Source of the DNA: Tubiluchus corallicola | Lineage: Eukaryota > Animalia > Priapulida | Length of the DNA: 64,000 nucleotides | Assembly (NCBI GenBank): GCA_030141605.1 | Contig: JAQGDQ010002386.1 | Span: forward strand, 1-64,000 | Direction: 5' to 3' | In this document: positions 1-10,391 of the stretch, in pieces | Layout of the letters: every line of letters begins with the position of its first letter | How positions within the stretch are numbered: the first letter of the stretch is position 1 | The notes under the pieces: generated by a model | The model's database searches: none | What the model was told of the DNA's origin: nothing | Seen by the model: only the letters and a program-made list of their open reading frames with translations | Translations under genes and position numbers: made by a program

Positions 1-961
1 TAGGCTTATTTCAATGTTTGCGAAAAATGTTGTAGAAGGATTTAGTAATAAATTTGCAATAAACGCTCCATGGAATTAGTAAACCACTTTAAAGTCGCGA
101 TCATTTCATGCTTGGGCGCTCCCATTTTCAATGCCCATTCTTCTTCCAATGACGTCATTCGTCTTGAAAAAAAATAGCGCACTGTCAGTCACCATCAAAA
201 ATAGAATGAGTTTTTGCAAAAAAATTAGACAGCTAATTTTGTAATATTTTTGCGCGAACATTAAGTAATCTGCAGAAGTTTGAAATAGTTTAAGCAGCGC
301 ATGCTTACGGAAAGACACGACGCGCTTACCTTCTAAATTACTGTGAAATTTCTTTTACTGAGAAATGCCTTTCGGATCAAGTAACCGTACGGCCCAGCCA
401 TAAAACTATGTAAGGAAAGTTTGTTTAGGACGTTCATTCATTCAAACAAGTCACTCAGTATCCTGGGTTTCTTTTTTTTTGTTATTTCTTAAACTTAGAA
501 AAATATAACAGAGTAATTTCCAAACAACTGCGTGTAAATCACACATTTAAATAAACTCCCTCTGAATAGAAATTTTCAGGTTGCCGCCATTCATTTGAAA
601 ATCATGACGTAACTGGGAGACCTCGTGACTTTTCGTAAGCGCGTCGTGGCTTTCCGTAAACGCGCGCAGCTTAAAGCAATTCAAACTTCACCAGCTTACC
701 TAATGTTCACGCAAAAAAAATACAAAATTAGCTGTCTAATTTTTTTGCAAAAACTCATTCTACTTTTGATGAAGATTGACAGTGCGTTATTTTTCTTCAA
801 GACAAATGACGTCATTGGAAGAAGAATGGGCATTGAAAATGGGAGCGCCCAAGCGTGAGATGATCGCGACTTTAAAGTGATTTTACTAGTTGCACGAAGC
901 GCTTATTGCAGTTTTATTACTAAATCCTTCTAACATTTTTGCGAACTTTGAAAGAAGCCTA
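1..961. mobile_element. Non-autonomous DNA transposon / foldback MITE with ~330-bp terminal inverted repeats
   Basis: 1-329 (taggcttatttcaatg...cgcgcttac) is the reverse complement of 635-961 (gtaagcgcg...gaaagaagccta). Both ends are TA-GGCTT. The mirror ORFs 106..318(-) and 625..858(+) are near-identical, confirming the inversion. Superfamily uncertain. Confidence 0.8.
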
Positions 962-1741
962 ACCTCCTAGAAGATTTGTCTTTTCCCTCAAGATTCCCTT
1001 TTCTTTGTCTTTAACATTGACATCTGACATTTTATTTATGACCAACAAAGCATCTCAATAGCATTTTCGTTTATCTAAGAGTCGTGACGATCAAGAAAGC
1101 ACTAAAACACACATGATGGTGTGTAATATGATAGAATATGACATATAAGATTCATTATACTATACACGCGGGCTTCAATACATCTATAGCACTCAAGCTG
1201 TCTATAGCTACGGCGTGGGCGTATGGCGTCACAAGGGGAATTAAAAAGACACTGTGATTGTCTGCAAACAGATTGTATTTCTACATCGTTGTAAAATAAG
1301 CCTTTTCCCAGTTCCAGTGATTGATGATGATAATGATGATGACAGACAGACAGACAGACACATAGGTAGATAAACTGTTTATTTGCCATTTCAAACTTAC
1401 AAATAAAAAACTGTTTAACTATTTCATTGGTAATTCGAAGAGTGATTAACCAACTAACCTATCAATAACCAACCAGACAGCCAGTTATTCAGCTAGTCAG
1501 CCAGTCAAGCAGCCTGCCAGTCAAGCATTTAGCCTCATAAACATCCAGTTAATAAACCAACATACAAAGGAGCCAGCTAGCAAACCATTAGTCAACATTA
1601 CCAACCGACTGACCTCAAATAAACAACTAAGCAAAGAAACAAGAAAACGAAATTCATGCATTCAACTAATCGTTCAGGCAAACAAATTCAAAACTCAGCA
1701 CAAAAACCGACACAAATGAAGCATAGAGTTTATGTATTGTG

Positions 1742-1978
1742 TTTTGCATGGACTTTTTTATCTGAATTGAAATTATAATCAATCAAACAATCGGTCGGTT
1801 GGTCGGTCCGTCGGTCCATCTGTCCATCCGTCTAACCACCCACCCATCCATACATCCATCTATCTACGAATGAATGAATGAATGAATGAATGAATGAATG
1901 AATGAATGAATGAAAGAATGAATCGATCGATCGATTGATTGATTATAATTTCAATTCAGATAAAAAAGTCCATGCAAA
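1742..1978. repeat. ~44-bp inverted repeat enclosing (GTCG/ATCC/GAAT)n microsatellites
   Basis: tttgcatggacttttttatctgaattgaaattataatcaatcaa (~1743-1786) vs its reverse complement at 1935-1978; (GAAT)n at ~1867-1923. Confidence 0.75.
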
Positions 1979-2512
1979 GACCGACCAATCAATAAACCAA
2001 TCAGTCAATGAATCAATCATACAGAATAGCTTTTCTAAATAGGCAACGGTGTAACAACAGTAATTACCGAGTTTTGCGCCCCCCCCCCCCCCCTCCTCCC
2101 ACTAGGGTTTCTCTCCTGGCTTCACCATTATATCATCTTTTTGTCTGACATGAGAAATGTTGACAGCAGAGCAGCGTTGGGTATCAATCATATATAAATA
2201 ATAAATAAATAAATAAATAAGGCCATATAAACAGTTACCAGCAGAATTACTACATCAAATAGCAGTGCAGTTTGCAGGTTATGGTTGATTGGGGATTAAT
2301 GAATATTCTAAATAATTAATCACTAATTACAGTGATAACCATACCTTCAACAAACGAGTGAATCCCGTGAGGTGGTACAACGTTTGTGAACTTGGCTTCA
2401 TTCAGGACGGATTCGTAGAAACTGCAACATAAAGAGGACGTGTATGTACGCAATTGCAAGAACTTTTCACTGAGTATTAAAATAAAGAGATTTCTAGAAC
2501 GCAGACGCTTAA

Positions 2513-4851
2513 AGGCGCGTTCAGACACTGAGACTTCTCTCGCAACTTATTGCTCAACTTCTTGTCTGAGTGAAGTAGCACGTGTGAACGGTTTCGAAGT
2601 TGCGCAACAAGTTGCCAACTTTACTCTCAGAGAGAAGTTGCGTAAAAAGTTGCCAAATCGTTCACACGTTACAACTTTACTCACAGAGAGAAGTTGTGCA
2701 ACAAGTTGCCAACCCGTTTACACGTTACAACTTTACTCACAGAGAGAAGTTGTGCAACAAGTTGCCAAATCGTTCACACGTTACAACTTTACTCACAGAG
2801 AGAAGTTGTGCAACAAGTTGCCAACCCGTTTACACGTTACAACTTTACTCACATCGAGAAGTTGCGCAACAAGTTGCCAACTTTACTCTCAGAGAGAAGT
2901 TGCGCAACAAGTTGCCAACTTTACTCACATCGAGAAGTTGCGCAACAAGTTGCCAACTTTACTCTCAGAGAGAAGTTGCGTAAAAAGTTGCCAAATCGTT
3001 CACACGTTACAACTTTACTCACAGAGAGAAGTTGCGCAACAAGTTGCCAAGCAGTTCACACGTTGGAACTTTACTCTCAGAGAGAAGTTGCGTAAAAAGT
3101 TGCCAAATCGTTCACACGTTACAACTTTACTCTCAGAGAGAAGTTGCGCAACAAGTTGCCAAATCGTTCACACGTTACAACTTTACTCTCAGAGAGAAGT
3201 TGTGCAACAAGTTGCCAAATCGTTCACACGTTACAACTTTACTCATAGAGAGAAGTTGCGCAACAAGTTGCCAAACAGTTCACACTTTACAACTTTACTC
3301 TCAGAGAGAAGTTGCGCAACAAGTTGCCAAACCGTTCACACGTTGCAACTTTACTCACAGAGAGAAGTTGTGCAACAAGTTGCCAAACCGTTCACAGGTT
3401 ACAACTTTACTCACAGAGAGAACTTGCGCAACAAGTTGCCAAACCGTTCACACGTTACAACTTTACTCTCAGAGAGAAGTTACACAACAAGTTGCCAAAC
3501 CGTTCACACATTGCAACTTTACTCTCAGAGAGAAGTTGTGCAACAAGTTGTCCAACCGTTCACACTTTGCAACTTTACTCTCAGAGAGAAGTTGTGCAAC
3601 AAGTAGCCAAGCCGTTCACACGTTGCAACTTTACTCTCAGAGAGAAGTTACACAACAAGTTGCCAAACCGTTCACAGGTTACAACTTTACTCTCAGAGAG
3701 AAGTTGTGCAACAAGTTGCCAAATCGTTCACACGTTACAACTTTACTCACAGAGAGAAGTTGTGCAACAAGTTGCCAAGCCGTTCACACGTTACAACTTT
3801 ACTCACAGAGAGAAGTTGTGCAACAAGTTGCCAAACCGTTCACAGGTTACAACTTTACTCACAGAGAGAAGTTGTGCAACAAGTTGCCAAGCCGTTCACA
3901 CGTTACAACTTTACTCTCAGAGAGAAGTTGTGCAACAAGTTGCCAAATCGTTCACACGTTACAACTTTACTCTCAGAGAGAAGTTGCGCAACAAGTTGCC
4001 AAGCCGTTCACACGTTGGAACTTTACTCACAGAGAGAAGTTGCGCAACAAGTTGCCAAACCGTTCACACGTTACAACCTTACTCACAGAGAGAAGTTGCG
4101 CAACAAGTTGCCATGCCGTTCACACGTTACAACTTCACTCACAGAGAGAAGTTGTGCAACAAGTTGCCAAACCGTTCACACGTTACAACTTTACTCACAG
4201 AGAGAAGTTGCGCAACAAGTTGCCAAATCGTTCACACGTTGCAACTTTACTCACAGAGAGAAGTTGCGCAACAAGTTGCCATGCCGTTCACACGTTACAA
4301 CTTCACTCACAGAGAGAAGTTGTGCAACAAGTTGCAAAATCGTTCACACGTTACAACTTTACTCATAGAGAGAAGTTGCGCAACAAGTTGCCAAACAGTT
4401 CACAGGTTACAACTTTACTCACAGAGAGAAGTTGCGCAACAAGTTGCCAAATCGTTCACACGTTACAACTTTACTCTCAGAGAGAAGTTGTGCAACAAGT
4501 AGCCAAGCCGTTCACACGTTGCAACTTTACTCTCAGAGAGAAGTTACACAACAAGTTGCCAAGCCGTTCACACGTTACAACATTACTCTCAGAGAGAAGT
4601 TGTGCAACAAGTTGCAAAATCGTTCACACGTTACAACTTTACTCATAGAGAGAAGTTGCGCAACAAGTTGCCAAATCGTTCACAGGTTACAACTTTACTC
4701 TCAGAGAGAAGTTGTGCAACAAGTTGCAAAATCGTTCACACGTTACAACTTTACTCACAGAGAGAAGTTGCGCAACAAGTTGCCAAGCCGTTCACACGTT
4801 ACAACTTTACTCACAGAGAGAAGTTGAGCAACAAGTTGCGAGAGAAGTCTC
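2513..4851 (+). repeat. 56-bp satellite array (~40 units) bounded by inverted ends; probably a MITE with an amplified subterminal unit
   Basis: Consensus agagagaagttgYgcaacaagttgccaaaYcgttcacacgttacaactttactcWc, period 56 (e.g. 3135->3191), with a few ~38-bp deletion variants near 2600 and 2860-2965. 2530-2562 gagacttctctcgcaacttattgctcaacttct is the reverse complement of 4819-4851. Confidence 0.9.
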
Positions 4852-4994
4852 TACGAATGATTTTTATACAAAAAGACAGAAGTTAACAATCTATAGAACT
4901 GAAATTCCGCCTGAATAAGCCTTTCCATAGTTTCGTTGTGCGCACGCGCAGTTGCTGTAGGTCAAAGTTTAAGTGAGCCGTAAGTAAACCCTTG

Positions 4995-5216
4995 GGATTA
5001 GGGTTAAGATTAGGATTGGGGTTAGGGTTAGGGTTAAGGTTAAGTTTATGGTTAGGATAAGGACTAGGTTTAGAATCAGGGTTAGGCTTAAGGATAAGAT
5101 TACGGTTAAGGTTTGAGTTGAGGTTTGGGTTACGGCTGGGTTAGGGTTAAGATTAGGGTTAGGGTTAGGGTTTGGGTTGAGGTTTGGGTTTGGGCTGAAG
5201 TTAAGGATTAGGGGTT
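4995..5216 (+). repeat. Degenerate interstitial telomere-like (TTAGGG/TTAAGG/TTTGGG)n tract
   Basis: About 220 bp of 6-mer variants, with perfect GGGTTA runs near 5019-5036 and 5138-5170. Confidence 0.75.
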
Positions 5217-5501
5217 TATCAAAACCTGATTTTACCTGCTATCATTGGCTGGCATTTGATCAGCTGGTGCTACGTCATGGTTTCCAAGACAACCGATTAT
5301 TGGCGTTTTGGGGAAATATTTTCTCAAAACTTGAAGTACGATTAGTAGATTGTGGATAACAGTAGTACGATTTTGCAGATTATTGCCAGGGGAATTATCC
5401 CTGAAAAAAAACCAATACTCTCTTCAAATAATGTACGTCTTATTGCTACAGCACTTAAATCCACTTCATTTAATTTATATAACATGTATATATATATATA
5501 T

Positions 5502-5597
5502 ATACACCGGTTCTCGTCTGATCACCGAAGTTAAGCAACGTAGAGCCTGGTTAGTAATTAGATGGGTGACCGCCTAGGAATACCAGGTGCTGTAGGC
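5502..5597 (+). pseudogene. 5'-truncated 5S rRNA-derived sequence (head of a SINE3)
   Basis: atacaccggttctcgtctgatcaccgaagttaagcaacgtagagcctggttagtaattagatgggtgaccgcctaggaataccaggtgctgtaggc matches invertebrate 5S rRNA from ~nt 23 to the 3' end, including the internal promoter boxes. No T-run terminator follows it. Confidence 0.88.
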
Positions 5598-6032
5598 CTG
5601 CCGGATGCCTACACTGTATCTCGACACTAGGCGGAGGCGCTGCACAAGCAGCCAACGGTTAGAGGGCGGAGGAGGTCAAGTGACCCAACGGCCATGTGTA
5701 GAGGAGTAAATCTTCCAAATCAGAAGTGGAGCCCTGAAGGCGGACCAGTGCAGCATGCTCACTGACTCCGGTAGCTCCTGCAGCCAACCTGGTGCCAAAC
5801 GTATCGCTCTGTTTTCCTTTGGACTACACCAGGGAAGAAGAGAGGGGGTTCCTGTTGTCTGAGCAACTCAGGATCTCCATACACCTTGCCCAGGCGTGCA
5901 CCCTGGAGACGTTCAAGGATCGCACTGCTTAGCCACAGTCGACGCTGCAGCTCCATCAATGTGATCAATAACTGACTCTCTTGGCGCACACTCCATTGTC
6001 TTCCGAGACAGAAGGATGCCAACAACAACAAC
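5502..6032 (+). mobile_element. 5S-rRNA-derived SINE (SINE3), ~530 bp, with (AAC)n tail
   Basis: 5S head, GC-rich ~420-bp body, 3' hairpin TGTCT-tccg-AGACA (5997-6010), (AAC)4 tail at 6021-6032, and (TA)n on both flanks. Confidence 0.72.
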
Positions 6033-6806
6033 AATATATAAATACGTAAAATTTTTATACGTTTATGTACAACTGAGGTAAAATTCATTCTGGTTTTATC
6101 GGAAATTTTAGCAAAAATCCCTGTTCTTATATATTTGTAAGTAAAGCATGCTTGTAGAAAAATTTGTCATTTTTAATACTTTATTTTTAATATAAGCTAA
6201 ATAATCCCAGTGAATGAATTCTGTTATAATGGACCTTAATTACTGTAAATAATTGTTAAAATGTTTCATAAGTGAGGTTATGGTACATCACTGTTAAATG
6301 AGCCTAAATTTGGGCAAATGTCTGGGTGGCAAATGAATAAACTCACCCGGTCCACAAAATAAAATCTGACGCAGGATTCACTTGCTTCATTGCCATGACA
6401 GCAGAGTTCAGCAAAGAAAGAGGAGACTCACATCTGAAAGAGAGAACAGAGAGAGATTTGTTACTAGAGGAGCAAGTGTGGCAAAGATAGTCAACGGAAA
6501 CAGCTTTTTCACGGTTTCGCTGTGCGCATGCGCAGTTGCTGTAGGTCAATGGTTAGTGTACAACAGCAATGCGTCTTAATTAAAACCGTTACGCGACGTT
6601 TGTGTAAATCAAAGCTGCCTATCGCATCAGTTCAGCAACTTCACGTTCAATTGTTTTACATATACTTTACTTAATTAAGCATTAGTCTGTGCGCAGAGCG
6701 ATTTACTAGCAAGATTTTGCTTGGGAACAAGAAAAAATGAACCAGGAAAGGTTCTAGGTAGCAAAGTCCAAATTGTATAAAAAAATAAACCAACGTAAAC
6801 TGATAA

Positions 6807-7294
6807 CAGTGGCGGCTCGTAGCTAAAATTAATGGGGTGCTGCTTCAAAAATTTTTTATCCATTGTTTTAATTCTGCTGAGGACGCACCATCTAATTCTT
6901 CTGTGGTGCAAAACGAAACAAACGTAATTTTTAATGTTGTAATTGTAAATTTCAACAAAAAACAAAAGAAAGTTTATACATAAACTTGATAAAATCCTAA
7001 ACAAAAATGCTTTTCTGTTTACTAATAGCATAAATTGTCGCAGTTCAAGCTTGATCCATGCACGGTAAGCACGTGACAACTGACAACAAACTGTGTGACG
7101 CATGCGCACAACAGCCAAACACGCCCCTGTGCTAGGCTGTGAAGCGAACAGTACTACCCTCACGTGCTCTGGTTCCATACAAGTATAAAGAAAGAACTAA
7201 AGAAAAAGACATATTATATTGAATATTATCGATAATATTGAGTGAAAATAGGGGGTGCTGCAGTTCTACAGTAACTATACACGAGCCGCCACTT
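6807..7294. mobile_element. hAT-like MITE
   Basis: TIR CAGTGGCGGCTCGT (6807-6820) / ACGAGCCGCCACT (7281-7293). Subterminal ggggtgctgc near both ends. Degenerate 8-bp flanks actgataa/attaatag. Confidence 0.6.
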
Positions 7295-7309
7295 ATTAAT
7301 AGTAAAAAA

Positions 7310-7376
7310 ACACGGGTATATTACCTGTAATCACGGTTATATTACCTGTAATCACGGTTATATTACCTGTAATCAC
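7310..7376 (+). repeat. 21-bp tandem repeat x3
   Basis: cacggttatattacctgtaat repeated three times. Confidence 0.85.
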
Positions 7377-7569
7377 CAAAATAGCCCAAGATAGTTTTAC
7401 TCGTCACATTATTAGACACGTGACAATCCTCCTCGGGGTTTCCATACTGGCTGTACCTGACGTCAACATGAACGTCACTGATTTGCCAAAATGTTCCTAG
7501 AAAATTAGAAAACTGAAATGTATCTTGATGGGATTTTTAGATAATGAAGTCATTGAAGTTATATGAAAT

Positions 7570-7908
7570 AATCAATCAGTCGGTCGGTCGGTTGGTCAGT
7601 CAGTCAGTCAGCCAGTCAGTCAATCAATCAATCAGTCAATCGTCAATCAATCAATCAATCAATCAATCGGAAGGTCGGTCCGTCCGTCCGTCCGTCCGCC
7701 CGCCGTCAGTCAGTCAGTCAGTCAATCAATCGATTAATCAATTAATCAATCAATCAATCAATCAAACAATCAATCAATCAATCAATCAATCAAACAATCA
7801 AACAATCAATCAGTCAATCAAACAATCAATCAATCAGTCAATCAATCAATCAGTCAATCAGTCAATCAGTCAATCAGTCAATCAGTCTATCAGTCAATCA
7901 ATCAATCT

Positions 7909-7939
<31 letters not shown>

Positions 7940-8228
7940 CGTCAGTCAGTCAGTCAGTCAGCCAAATCAATCAATCAATCAATCAATCGGAAGGTCGGTC
8001 CGTCCGTCCGTCCGTCCGCCCGCCGTCAGTCAGTCAGTCAGTCAATCAATCGATTAATCAATTAATCAATCAATCAATCAATCAAACAATCAATCAATCA
8101 ATCAATCAATCAAACAATCAAACAATCAATCAGTCAATCAAACAATCAATCAATCAGTCAATCAATCAATCAGTCAATCAGTCAATCAGTCAATCAGTCA
8201 ATCAGTCTATCAGTCAATCAATCAATCT

Positions 8229-8259
<31 letters not shown>

Positions 8260-8378
8260 CGTCAGTCAGTCAGTCAGTCAGTCAGTCAGTCAGTCAGTCA
8301 GTCGGTCAGTCAGTCAGTCAGTCAGTCAGTCAATCGATCGATCAATCAATCAATTAATCAATCAATCAATCGATCAAT
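7570..8378 (+). repeat. Compound (ATCA)n/(GTCA)n/(GTCC)n microsatellite containing a 320-bp tandem duplication
   Basis: The marker cggaaggtcggtccgtccgtccgtccgtccgcccgccgtc occurs at ~7668 and ~7988. Confidence 0.88.
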
Positions 8379-8838
8379 ACGTTTATTTGTCTCAAACGTC
8401 ACATTACGTTACTATACATGCGATTATTATACAATGTATATAGAGACACAGGCTGGCAAAAAACCAAACGGTTGGCGAGTCGATCCCTCCTAATTTAAAT
8501 AAATTAACAATAAATTGCAGTGGCAGAAATGCAAGGGCGTTAAATTAAGTAAATTTAATTTATTTTCATTGTGAAAAACTTAACCTCAAATTTGATTTCA
8601 ACTGAAAAAAGGGCAAAAGGATCAGTGAAAATATATCAGTGAAATAAAGCTGAAGCGGAGGAATACTTGCACTACTTGCCTTGCAGCTTTTACCTGCGTA
8701 GCAAAAATAGGGCGAAAATGTTGACTGGGTGAAATTATGCAGTTTTACAATCGATTAAACTTCATTCAATAAGCATAATTTATATAACAGGGATTCTGCA
8801 TTAGGGCTACCCCCGTGTTCTTGTATAGTTGATATACT

Positions 8839-9240
8839 ACATAGACATAGACATAGACATAGACATAGACATAGACATAGACATAGACATAGACATAGAA
8901 CATTTATTTTCTCCAATTAGTTTAACATCAAAAGTTTTTTAAATATTAAGTAATTATAATCATGGAGCAGGGCAGGGAAGGGCCATGGGGTCATCTAGTC
9001 TCCTGCCCTTTCTTATAAATAGATTAGTATATTAAAAATTAACGGTGATGCTGCAGATAACAAAAACAAAACAAATAAGAAAATAATAATAATAAAAAAC
9101 AGTATAAATGATACAAATTATCCAAAAAGAACTGAAAACAAAAAATAATAAAGTTAGATACCAAAATCTAAACAAAACAATACAATTATTCAGTAATTAG
9201 GATTATTACACGTAGTAGTTTCAAATGGGGTCTTATTAAC
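8839..9240 (-). mobile_element. 3' end of a non-LTR retroelement with (TATGTC)n tail
   Basis: (GACATA)n at ~8843-8898, then tttatt (AATAAA on -) and a hairpin-rich segment 8911-9009 homologous to 20533-20650. Confidence 0.5.
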
Positions 9241-9369
9241 AAGGGAATTTGACCAAGGTTAGTGAGTAAAGTTAAAAACTGTCAGTATGGAAAGAAAAAA
9301 TAAGTATCAAAAAAGTGTAATATAGAAAAATTTATGAGAAAAAGCAACAATTTCTTGGAACTTACTAAC

Positions 9370-9910
9370 CAGTAAAATAAAACAAATAGAATCTCTCCAC
9401 CACTTTAAAAACAAATTAAAAGAATATCAATATAACAGGTTTCAACTTCCACATTGTGTATCAGATACTAATTACACAGACTCAACTGTCATCTACCCCC
9501 GCCCCTGACTCCATAAAACGATTAAAAATGAAAATTTTTTAAAAAAAATTATGTAATGTAATACGTGTTATGTTAGTTTTGTAATGTCAAATGTATAAAT
9601 AGTGTAAATGTAATGAGTGAAATTTATGTAATGTAAAGCATGTTTCTGTTAATTGTGTCATGTCAGATGTATATATAGTGTAAAATATGTCTTGTAAAAT
9701 TTAATGTACTTTTGTACTGTTGTTTTGTAAATATATTTTAATATGGTGTTGGTAAATATGTTCATTCATTGTATATAGTTTTGCACTTTAGTTTTTTTAG
9801 TATGCACTGGACGCATTTGTCTTGAACTTGAGGCTTACTCAATTTTATTATAATGAGTGAACCATTTTAATGACAAATAAAGAATTAATATATAATATAT
9901 ATATATATAC
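9370..9910 (+). mobile_element. 5'-truncated LINE 3' end (Crack/Daphne/L2-type)
   Basis: Residual ...NLSTTLKTN*KEY-like terminus, T-rich 3' UTR, and gcactggacgcatttgtc...ttttaatgacaaataaa, similar to the 3' UTR at 17241-17356. Confidence 0.55.
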
Positions 9911-10391
9911 TTAGGAGATGAGGAGAAAAAAGAAAAGAAAAAAGAACTTGCTAGCTTGCTTATTAGTCTTACAAGTTACGTACTACAGGTATATTCATTT
10001 AGTAAGATTTTTGTGTATTTTTTGGAAGCAGAATCCTCAGGAAATCTTGATATGCTAATTTCAAACAATACGTGAAATACTTTACCTGGTTTAGAAGAAT
10101 CATGATCATTAAGTTTATTCGTTTCCTGTTGACGAGATGCTTTCTTCTCCCTTTCCGTGTCAGCAGCTGTTAAGCTAATTAATACGGTAATTACCCGTAG
10201 GCGCCAAATTTTGTCTGTCAGCATAGCTTGGTTAACCACCAAAACCAGTCTTATTAAAACACCTTTTCTGCTCCTGCTGCTATTTTATTTTACAAAACAC
10301 ATCAGTACTAGCTTGTCGACTGTTTTTAACAATTACTGTTAGCTGGTTAAGCAATTTTAACTTTTCCACCTAATAACCACCACGGAAAACT

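Noticed and set aside
106-858. Pair of near-identical 70-77 aa ORFs
   Set aside because: They are mirror translations of the two arms of a MITE.
2440-4918. Long overlapping ORFs up to 538 aa in all three + frames
   Set aside because: They result from a 56-bp unit with no plus-strand stop. The same peptide cycles through all frames, and there are no splice signals or domains.
4995-5216. True telomere or chromosome fusion site
   Set aside because: Short, highly degenerate and single orientation, with no head-to-head TTAGGG/CCCTAA junction.
5502-5597. Functional 5S rRNA gene
   Set aside because: It lacks ~22 nt at the 5' end and the oligo-T terminator, is not in a tandem array, and is fused to a SINE-like body and tail.
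7544-8065. 173-aa S/Q/I/N-rich ORF
   Set aside because: Translation of a tetranucleotide microsatellite.
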